DNA from: an uncultured Deferribacteres bacterium
GTDB lineage: Bacteria > Zhuqueibacterota > Zhuqueibacteria > Zhuqueibacterales > Geothermadaptataceae
DNA: 35,163 bases
Direction: 5' to 3'
Assembly: GCA_964014485.1 (NCBI GenBank)
Contig: CAXHAT010000076.1
Span: 1-35,163 of the forward strand
How positions within the stretch are numbered: the stretch's first letter is position 1; every line of letters begins with the position of its first letter. Below, one piece after another: positions 27,812 through 35,163 of the stretch. A model generated the notes under the pieces. It made no database searches. It was not told where the DNA came from and was given only the letters and a program-made list of their open reading frames with translations. A program made the translations under genes and the position numbers.

Positions 27812-28005
27812 TGTCATTCAGGGCGAATCTACTCGGTTAATTTCACAAAACAAGCTTCCGGGTAACTCTTTTCGGAGTGCGACGATTTATCGTTGCCAGC
27901 GACCACGATCCACACTCAAACGCTGAAACGTTTGACTCCAGAGTTACTTTTCGATCAGGACCGCAAGCGCGGTCAGGAAGTTGATTAGATTCTTCCTGGA
28001 TGACA
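27812..28005. repeat. Nested repeat: GTCAT-type inverted pair enclosing a GGAGT-type element
   Basis: tgtcattcagggcgaatcta (27812-27831) / tagattcttcctggatgaca (27986-28005), 17/20. Inner gtaactct...agagttac stem (27862-27947) is homologous to 15692-15912. Confidence 0.75.
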
Positions 28006-28046
28006 GATCCTGAATTTTTGAATTTATAACAGAGGGAGTTTTTCCT

Positions 28047-29858
28047 ATGGCGATGATGCAGTACATGCGTGGCGCCGTCGCAAAATGGGTTCTTTACCTT
28101 CTCATTTTCGCATTCGTCGGGTTAATTATTTTTGAATGGGGTATGGATTTCACAGGTTTGAGATCGAACCCAAACGTAGCCGCTAAAGTGAACGGCGAGG
28201 AAATAAGCCGCGAGGTTTACGGCCGCGCATATGAAGCGACTTATCAAAATTATAGTGCGCGTTTTGGCGCGGAATACGCCGAAAAACAATTGAAGCAAAT
28301 CGAAGATCAGGCGTTCAACGATCTCGTGCGCAACGTTCTCATCCGCCAGGAAGTGGAGAAAAGAAATCTCACCGTCTCACCAGACGAGATGTTTTATTAC
28401 ACCTACCACAACCCGCCGGAAGAAATTAAGCGCGATTCGACCTTCATGAATGAGCAAGGCCAATTTGATTTGGCGCGCTATCAGGCGGCGATCCAGAGCG
28501 GCGTGAACGAGCAAGCCATGCAATTCCTTGAATTTCAGCTCTCGCAAAGCATACCGACGCAAAAACTCGCTGACGAAATTTCTTCGACTATATTCGTAAC
28601 GGACAGCGAAGTTCGTGAAGAATATTTGCGCCAAAACCAAAAGGCGACCGTTGAATATCTGTTCGTCAATTCGTCGCGTTTCGCCAACGAAGAAATCGAA
28701 GTTACGGATGCGGAATTGCAGGCAAAGTACGATGAGCGCAAAGACAGCTTTAAGCAGCAAGAGCGTAAGAAAATCGAGTTTGTGCGTTTTTCAACTTCTC
28801 CAACCGCGGACGACTCCGCGTCAACCAAAGAATTGATTGAAGACTTGCTTCAGCGCGCACGCTCCGGCGTTGATTTCGGCGAGTTGGCTCGCGACTTTTC
28901 CGACGACAACACGAACAGCGAGCAAGGCGGCGACTTGGGCTTTTTCCCAAAAGAAAAAATGGTTGCGTCCTTTTCCGAAGCGGCTTTTAACGCTTCCGTT
29001 GGCGATATCGTTGGGCCGGTGGAAACGCAATTTGGCCTCCACATTATAAAAGTCAACGATCGCAAGGAAGAAGACGGCGTTCCCCAAGTTAGCGCCCAAC
29101 ACATCTTGCGAAACTTCACCGCATCGACGAAAACAAAAGACGCCGCCAGTGACAGCGCAGATTTTTTTGCTTCAAACGCACAGGATGAAAGCTGGGAAGC
29201 TGCTTTAGGCGTTGATAATCTGACCGCCCAAAGCACGGCGTTTTTTCAGGAAGCCAGCGGCTTTATCCCCGGCTTGGGGCCTGCATCGCGCGTATCAAAT
29301 TTTGTTTTTAGAAATGAAGTTGACGCCGTCAGCGATCCGATTCAAACCGATCAAGGCTGGATTGTCGCCAGAATTACTGAACGCCAGCCCGAACGCACTC
29401 AGACGCTCGACGAAGTGCGCGCCACGTTAGAAAACCAGATCAAACGCGACAAGAGGAATGCGTCGGCGGCCAATTTCGCCGACGGCCTGTTGCAAAAACT
29501 AAACGAAGGACTCTCGCTCGCGGAAATTGCTGAGCAGGACTCATCACTCACCTTTGAAGCGCCTGAAGCTTTCACGCGAAACGGTTATATCCGAAACGTC
29601 GGTCGCGACGCAGCTTTTATCGGTACGGCTTTTTCTCTGAATGTTGGAGAGACCAGCGGATCGATTGAAGGCAATAACGGCGGCTACATTTTGAAGCTCA
29701 CCGCGAAAGACGAATTTAATCCTGCTGAATACGCAGCCCGAAAAGAAGGCATTCGAACATCGCTTCGCCAACAAAAGGAGCAGCGCGTCTTTGAAGCTTG
29801 GTTGGCCGACCTCAGAGAGCGCGCGGAGATAGAAGACCTCAGGTATAATTTCTTGTAA
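28047..29858 (+). CDS. ppiD: PpiD-like periplasmic chaperone/parvulin peptidyl-prolyl isomerase
   Basis: N-terminal membrane anchor, SurA_N-like domain, parvulin motifs F.ELARDFSDD..GGDLG...F..AAF...GPVETQFG.HIIKV. Confidence 0.88.
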   Translation: MAMMQYMRGAVAKWVLYLLIFAFVGLIIFEWGMDFTGLRSNPNVAAKVNGEEISREVYGRAYEATYQNYSARFGAEYAEKQLKQIEDQAFNDLVRNVLIRQEVEKRNLTVSPDEMFYYTYHNPPEEIKRDSTFMNEQGQFDLARYQAAIQSGVNEQAMQFLEFQLSQSIPTQKLADEISSTIFVTDSEVREEYLRQNQKATVEYLFVNSSRFANEEIEVTDAELQAKYDERKDSFKQQERKKIEFVRFSTSPTADDSASTKELIEDLLQRARSGVDFGELARDFSDDNTNSEQGGDLGFFPKEKMVASFSEAAFNASVGDIVGPVETQFGLHIIKVNDRKEEDGVPQVSAQHILRNFTASTKTKDAASDSADFFASNAQDESWEAALGVDNLTAQSTAFFQEASGFIPGLGPASRVSNFVFRNEVDAVSDPIQTDQGWIVARITERQPERTQTLDEVRATLENQIKRDKRNASAANFADGLLQKLNEGLSLAEIAEQDSSLTFEAPEAFTRNGYIRNVGRDAAFIGTAFSLNVGETSGSIEGNNGGYILKLTAKDEFNPAEYAARKEGIRTSLRQQKEQRVFEAWLADLRERAEIEDLRYNFL

Positions 29859-29880
29859 GAAATCTCTCGATATTCTTTTG

Positions 29881-29910
29881 AAAAACCACTTCACTTCGAA
29901 GTGGTTTTTT
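29881..29910 (+). terminator. Intrinsic terminator after ppiD
   Basis: aaaaaccacttc / gaagtggttttt hairpin ending in a T run. Confidence 0.75.
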
Positions 29911-29924
29911 ATTTTAAGGGCGTC

Positions 29925-30764
29925 ATGAAAAATACGATCTCATTCATGAGCGCGAATTTCGTTGCGCGCGAGCTTGACTACCAAATGACCGCCGGCTGGA
30001 TGCAAGGCGATGGCGCCGCGAACGCTTTTTTTAAGCCGCTCGAAACGTTTGCTGAGCGATTTGAAGCGCTCGTGAAAGAGATTCATGCACTTGGCTTTCA
30101 AGCAATGGATTTGTGGCTGGCGCATCTCAATCCGCAATGGGCGACCACTGAGCACGTCGAAATCGCCGAAGGTGTTCTGCAAAAATATGCGATGCAAGTG
30201 ATCAGCCTGGCTGGATATTTTGGCGATGACGCCGACAATTTTGAATCCGCTTGTCAATTGGCGAACACTCTCGATACAAAAATTCTTGGCGGTGGAACCG
30301 GGTTGTTGGCGAAAGATCCGGAAACGCTTTGCTCGATTTTAGACACGCACGATTTGTCCTTTGGCCTTGAAAATCACCCGGAAAAAAGCGCGAGAGAACT
30401 CCTTGAAAAAATTGAAGCTGCGGGCGACGAACGGGTAGGCGCCGCCATCGACTCCGGATGGTTCGCATCCCAGGGCTTTAGCGCCGCAAAAGCGATCACG
30501 GAATTAGAAGGGCGCATAATACACGTTCATCTGAAGGACATTTTTCCGCCGCAAACAAAATCCCCTGCAATCACGCTTCGTGACATGGGCCACGAAACCT
30601 GCGCCTTAGGCGAAGGCGTCGTGCAAATAGACAATTGTTTGACCGCTTTAAAGAAACAACGATATGCAGGCCCAATCAGCATTGAACACGAGCCAGAAGA
30701 TCACGATCCAACGCAAGAAATCCTGAAGAGCTTGAGCTATTTAGAAGCGCATTTCAAGCAATAA
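29925..30764 (+). CDS. Sugar phosphate isomerase/epimerase (AP endonuclease 2 TIM barrel)
   Basis: LENH, IDSGW, HVHLKD, LGEG.V, Y.GPISIEHE metal-binding motifs. Confidence 0.88.
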   Translation: MKNTISFMSANFVARELDYQMTAGWMQGDGAANAFFKPLETFAERFEALVKEIHALGFQAMDLWLAHLNPQWATTEHVEIAEGVLQKYAMQVISLAGYFGDDADNFESACQLANTLDTKILGGGTGLLAKDPETLCSILDTHDLSFGLENHPEKSARELLEKIEAAGDERVGAAIDSGWFASQGFSAAKAITELEGRIIHVHLKDIFPPQTKSPAITLRDMGHETCALGEGVVQIDNCLTALKKQRYAGPISIEHEPEDHDPTQEILKSLSYLEAHFKQ

Positions 30765-30794
30765 ACTCATCCGAAAATATTTTTGAAGCGCGTC

Positions 30795-33341
30795 ATGAAA
30801 CGCACTGAAAAGCCCGTTCCCATCCTTTTCATTCTTCTCCTCAGCTTAACCGCCGCTCTCCCTTTAGCCTGGAATCAAAAAGCAGACAATTTAGCCACGG
30901 ATTTACTCTTCAAATTGCGCGGCGAACGCACCCTTGACGATAGAATCGCTCTCGTCTATCTCGGCGATGAAGATATTTCGGCGCTCGGCGGATGGCCGGT
31001 GACGCGTGATTTTTATGCGTACATCATCCACGCGCTCAACAGTCTGAATGCGCGCGTCATCGCCTTTGATTTGCTCCTGGATCAGCCAAACACGCAGTAC
31101 CCCGAATTCGACGCACGGCTTTCAGATTTTCTTGAATCTTCAAACAACGTCTGTCTGGCATATTCTCTTAGCATAAGCGCTCAAGATTCGTCGCAAATCC
31201 AGACAGGAGCCGACAATCTCAAGGTGATTTTGCCGGCAGAGACTTTCCGACGACACGCCGCAGGCTTGGGGTTCACCAACCTTACCGAGGAAACGGTTGC
31301 GCGGACCCAGCCTATTTTTTTTGAAAACACTGACAGCGTCTACTTTTCTTTCGCCGCGGAAATCATCAGAATTTTCAGTCGAGAAAGTTCGGAATTCGCG
31401 GCGAATTCGACGCAGGGCTTTCCAAGTGAAACGCTGAGACTCAATCATTTTGGCAGTTTGGAGCAAGTTCAAAAATTCAGTTTCATCGACGTGCTCCGTC
31501 GCTTCGAAAGTTCGCCGGACTCGCTTGATTTCACCGGAAAAATCGTCATTGTCGCCGCGACATCCGCAGCGTTCCCCATTCTAAAAGAAACGCCGTTTTC
31601 ACCAACCCTGCCTAGCGCGCTTATTCATGCAACGGCAATCGATAATTTGCTCAACGGTTCATTTATCAAAAGCCCGTCGACTTTTTTTTACGTCTTTGCG
31701 CTACTGGCTTTCGGCACGTTGCTTCTAGGCCTGGTTCGCATCAAAAAGTCGTCTCGCAGGTATGGATTTCTGCTTGGAGCGCTTTCCCTTTGGTTTGTTG
31801 CCGCTCTTTTTCTTTTCAGTTTTTTCAATTTTCTGCTGCCGATCTTCCACCCTGCCCTAATGACGTTTGGATTGCTGACGTTGTCTCTCGGAACTCAATA
31901 CAAAACCCGTCTGAGTTCGGCTCGCTCGGAAAGCGCTCGACTTTCTCAACAGGCGCAAGATTCAGAGGACGCCTTGGCCGCAAAAGAAAAGGCGTTAAAA
32001 CACGCCCAGAACGAAAGCCAGGCGTTAGCAGCCCAAACGCAGAAGCTGGCGCATGAAAAAGCGCAGACGATGGAACTATTAGTCAAAGAACGCCGAGACC
32101 AAAAAGCGGTCAATCCCACGCAGCCAAGCGAATCGGCGAACGCTTTTGGAATCATTCATTCGCCTGCCAGCAAGATGCGCAACGTATTGGAATTAGTAAA
32201 AAAAGTCGCCCGAGACGACCTGCCAATCTTGCTTTTTGGCGAAACTGGCACAGGCAAGGAAATGGTCGCCAATGCGATTCATCAATCCAGCGAGCGAAGA
32301 AACAACCCTTTTGTCGCGGTCAATTGCGGCGCGCTTTCCGAAACGCTTTTGGAAAGCGAGATTTTCGGGCATGAAAAAGGCAGTTTCACCGGGGCGCACT
32401 CCCAGCGGCGCGGGCGTTTCGAGTTGGCAGATAAAGGCGTGATTTTCCTCGACGAAATCGCCGAGACAACGCCTGCTTTTCAGGCGAAATTGTTGCGCGT
32501 CTTGCAAGAAGGCTCGTTTGAAAGATTGGGCGGCGAACGGACGCTGCAGGTTGATGTGCGCGTCATTTGCGCATCCAATGTTAATCTTAGAAAAGAGGTC
32601 GAAAATAATCGTTTCCGCGCAGATTTATTTTATCGCTTGAACGGCTTAACGATTGACTTGCCGCCGCTCAGAGAAAGAACGGAAGACATTTCATTATTAG
32701 CATCATTCTTTCTCGAAAAATACAACTACGCTGAACATGTAAAATTTTCCGAGAGAGCCTTTGGCAGATTGCTCGAGTATCAATGGCCGGGAAACGTGCG
32801 TGAACTTGAAAACACAGTCAGGCGGGCGGCGGTTTTGGCGGAGGGCGACGGGAGAAATCTGATTCAAATGGTTGATCTGCCGGACGAAATCCAGACTGAC
32901 TCTTCTAAAGCAAATGTTGATTCTTCGCTCGCAAATACAAACGCAACCACGAATTATGCATCGCTGGAAGAGCAAGTTTTAACCTGCCTGAGAGAAGCGC
33001 GCTTTTCACGCTCGGCAATTTCGCAAACGGCGCGAACGTTGGGCAATAGAGACAGGGGAACGGTGACTGAGTACTTTCGCGGGATTGTTTTCAAAACGAT
33101 TGTGGAGCAGGATTTCGATTTTCAGAAAGCGAAGGTTGCTATCGCAGGAACCGACGACAACGAAATTGTTGAAAGAGTGCGTCGCAAAATGGAAGATTAC
33201 CTAAAAAACGTTTATTCAGAGAAAAAATCGCCGTCAAATCTTGAGACCAAAAACCATCGGCTGTTTAAAGGTTTGCCGAGCACGTACCATCCCTTCCTCC
33301 TGAAAATCCTTGAGCATTTCCATTATTCTTCAAATACATGA
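30795..33341 (+). CDS. Membrane-anchored CHASE2-domain sigma54 enhancer-binding protein
   Basis: TM, CHASE2 (D..F.LRG, GGWP..R, ARVIAFD, IHA..IDNLL), 3 TMs, coiled coil, AAA+ (GETGTGKE, GSFTGA, FLDE, RADLFYRL, WPGNVREL), HTH-like C-terminus. Confidence 0.88.
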   Translation: MKRTEKPVPILFILLLSLTAALPLAWNQKADNLATDLLFKLRGERTLDDRIALVYLGDEDISALGGWPVTRDFYAYIIHALNSLNARVIAFDLLLDQPNTQYPEFDARLSDFLESSNNVCLAYSLSISAQDSSQIQTGADNLKVILPAETFRRHAAGLGFTNLTEETVARTQPIFFENTDSVYFSFAAEIIRIFSRESSEFAANSTQGFPSETLRLNHFGSLEQVQKFSFIDVLRRFESSPDSLDFTGKIVIVAATSAAFPILKETPFSPTLPSALIHATAIDNLLNGSFIKSPSTFFYVFALLAFGTLLLGLVRIKKSSRRYGFLLGALSLWFVAALFLFSFFNFLLPIFHPALMTFGLLTLSLGTQYKTRLSSARSESARLSQQAQDSEDALAAKEKALKHAQNESQALAAQTQKLAHEKAQTMELLVKERRDQKAVNPTQPSESANAFGIIHSPASKMRNVLELVKKVARDDLPILLFGETGTGKEMVANAIHQSSERRNNPFVAVNCGALSETLLESEIFGHEKGSFTGAHSQRRGRFELADKGVIFLDEIAETTPAFQAKLLRVLQEGSFERLGGERTLQVDVRVICASNVNLRKEVENNRFRADLFYRLNGLTIDLPPLRERTEDISLLASFFLEKYNYAEHVKFSERAFGRLLEYQWPGNVRELENTVRRAAVLAEGDGRNLIQMVDLPDEIQTDSSKANVDSSLANTNATTNYASLEEQVLTCLREARFSRSAISQTARTLGNRDRGTVTEYFRGIVFKTIVEQDFDFQKAKVAIAGTDDNEIVERVRRKMEDYLKNVYSEKKSPSNLETKNHRLFKGLPSTYHPFLLKILEHFHYSSNT

Positions 33342-33873
33342 CCAGCCTCGCCGAACGGTTCACAAAACATTGCGAAATGCAAAAAAATTCTTTGAAGATT
33401 GAGTTATCCACATTTCGAAGAGTTGCTCTAAAAGTTATGGTCGCTGAAGCGCAGTCTGATCGAATCAGCCCAGACACAACATATAGTGTATTCATCAGCA
33501 ACAGATACTACATAGATGTTAAAACATCGTCAAACTTTTCCGCATAAACATCAATTTTTAAAGGTTTTATGTCTTTATTGCAACGAAAGAGGCGATTTTC
33601 TCGCAGTTTTTCCGCCGGCAGCCCGGATCGACATTTTTTCTGTAAATTGCGTCTTATACACCGAAACAGGTTAGGCTGTGGATATTCATAAGTTATCCAC
33701 ATTTTTTAAACCGTTCAAATTGAACCCTAAAACCATAAGGCGCTTCAATTCAAAAAGCGAAAAAACAGCGTAATTGCAAGATGATCAGGAGGTTAGTGTT
33801 TCTATAAAAAATCGCGGAGCAACAAGACGAGATTTTTCCCCAGGGTTCGAACCGTTGCAAATTGCAAAAAGTG
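33342..33873. other. Candidate replication origin (oriC) or DnaA-box cluster
   Basis: 532-bp AT-rich gap between convergent genes. Perfect TTATCCACA at 33404-33412 and 33693-33701; near matches at 33536, 33654, 33677 (reverse) and 33834. Confidence 0.6.
33474..33520. promoter_or_regulatory. Tandem NrdR-box-like sites
   Basis: ACACAACATATAGTGT (33474-33489; 15/16 to acaCwAtATaTwGtgt) and weaker ATACTACATAGATGTT (33505-33520), starts 31 bp apart. Confidence 0.6.
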
Positions 33874-35163
33874 TTAAAGCATTCCCTTTCTTTTTCTCAG
33901 AAACCATTCCACGCTAAGCAGCAAAATGATGATCGCAAGCAGCACCCAGTTTGTCCAAAGCTGAAAGCTGGTTCTCTGCGTCAGTGTTCTTTCTTCAAAA
34001 GAAAGGCCGGCCGCCCATTGCTCCAGGCTGTCTTTCTCAACAAATTGACCGCCGGTTTTGCGCGACAAACGTTTCAGGAACTCACCGTCAGCCTGCGTTT
34101 GCTGGAATTCGACGCGATATGCTTCAACGGCAAATCGGCTCTCGGCTTCAGCCACCGCCGCCCCGTTTTCTTGCGCAACGGCTTTCATAACATACTCCCC
34201 GCCTTCCAAGACATTTAGCCGCGCTTCATAAACGCCCTGCCCTCTTCCTTCCAGCAACACTTCGTTTTCTTCACCAGCGCTTGAAACTGAGACTCGAATG
34301 TTCAGATTGTCTCGCGGCGTATAATCTTCGAAATACGCTTGCGCGGAAATGACGGCTTCTTCGCCGGATCGGTAAATTTCTTTGTTCGCGGCGAGCTTAA
34401 AAAGCCGAGCGTCGTCTTTTGAGACCAGCCAGCGAATGCCGTTTAAAAAGAATTTTTCAAAAAGATCGTGCTCCGGCGCGACAGGTTTCATCATCAGGCT
34501 CCAGCGCCAAAAACCGGCGCCCAAAGCGAGCAGCGTTTTTCGCCCCGCCGCACGATGCGCGACCACAACCGGCAAGCCTTCGTTCTCGTCGAACGCCGCA
34601 TCGCGCACGGCAAGAAGAACTTCCGCGTTGGGCAGCGTCTGCAATTCTCGAAATGAACTGAAAATTGGAGGAACGCCCGCCCACAATTCTTGCGTTTCAT
34701 TGACACTTTCGCGAATTCGCAAGATCGGGTGAGACGAGCCGCGCATTGTCGCTGCGACGGTCACCGTTTCCTCTTTGCGCAATCGCGGGCTCGCTTGTAA
34801 TGGAAGAATGTTTTTATAGCGCCAGAGCATGCTTGCGGTGGTAACAGGGCCGGTCAAGAAAAAGAGAGGCGCTTTGTTTTCCAGCGCCATCTTCGTGAGC
34901 CATGTCTCTAAAATGTTATTTCGATTTTGCGGCATGTTCACGGCAATAATGCAATCAATCGGCTCTTCTTCGCTGCTTTCCGGCAAATCGCCGCCAAGAA
35001 TTCGACTTGCCGAAATAGCGCTGTACACGCTCACATCCATGTTTTCGTCACGTTGCAACGCTTGCGCAATAAATGATACGTCCGGGCCGGGCGCTCCCGC
35101 CGCGATGACAACTTTCAATTTGCTCTTCAAAATCTTTATGAAGACTGCCCGATCATTGTTTCG
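33874..35163 (-). CDS. C-terminal part of a large vWA/BatA-associated membrane protein (5' end outside the window)
   Basis: Frame is open to the window edge. G.GFWRW, E......D..FL..LS..TGG and terminal L.LLSVEWFLRKRKG motifs are typical of these proteins. Confidence 0.75.
   Translation of the reverse strand, partial: RNNDRAVFIKILKSKLKVVIAAGAPGPDVSFIAQALQRDENMDVSVYSAISASRILGGDLPESSEEEPIDCIIAVNMPQNRNNILETWLTKMALENKAPLFFLTGPVTTASMLWRYKNILPLQASPRLRKEETVTVAATMRGSSHPILRIRESVNETQELWAGVPPIFSSFRELQTLPNAEVLLAVRDAAFDENEGLPVVVAHRAAGRKTLLALGAGFWRWSLMMKPVAPEHDLFEKFFLNGIRWLVSKDDARLFKLAANKEIYRSGEEAVISAQAYFEDYTPRDNLNIRVSVSSAGEENEVLLEGRGQGVYEARLNVLEGGEYVMKAVAQENGAAVAEAESRFAVEAYRVEFQQTQADGEFLKRLSRKTGGQFVEKDSLEQWAAGLSFEERTLTQRTSFQLWTNWVLLAIIILLLSVEWFLRKRKGML

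Noticed and set aside
29910..30800. Similar sequence at two consecutive gene starts (gcgtcatgaaa near 29920 and 30790)
   Set aside because: About 11 bp including ATGAAA is too short to distinguish a duplication scar from chance.
33265..33702. Small ORFs in the candidate origin region
   Set aside because: Short, no RBS or motifs, and better explained as non-coding DNA with DnaA boxes.

Overview
A 35 kb bacterial chromosomal segment of moderate GC. The gene set (sigma54 activator-lptE-TPR cluster, ppiD, MoxR/DUF58) suggests an FCB-related diderm such as KSB1 or Calditrichota (inference). Housekeeping genes are rlmN, moxR, DUF58, Xaa-Pro peptidase, lptE, purD, uvrB and ppiD. Accessory or unusual content: (1) a translationally coupled Schlafen/AlbA_2-HATPase plus ParA-like gene pair between rlmN and moxR, flanked by degenerate direct copies of the moxR promoter and 5' coding sequence, a candidate mobile or defence cassette whose ParA lacks the second Walker A lysine; (2) a coupled ATP-grasp + circularly permuted ATP-grasp + class I glutamine amidotransferase operon; (3) a RAYT transposase bracketed by REPIN-like hairpins, plus several unrelated, partly nested MITE/REP composites in intergenic DNA; (4) a membrane-anchored CHASE2-sigma54 enhancer-binding protein; (5) an AT-rich gap between convergent genes with DnaA boxes and tandem NrdR-like boxes, a candidate oriC with no dnaA in the window. 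No rRNA, tRNA or CRISPR array was recognised. All calls come from reading the sequence by eye; no database searches were run.
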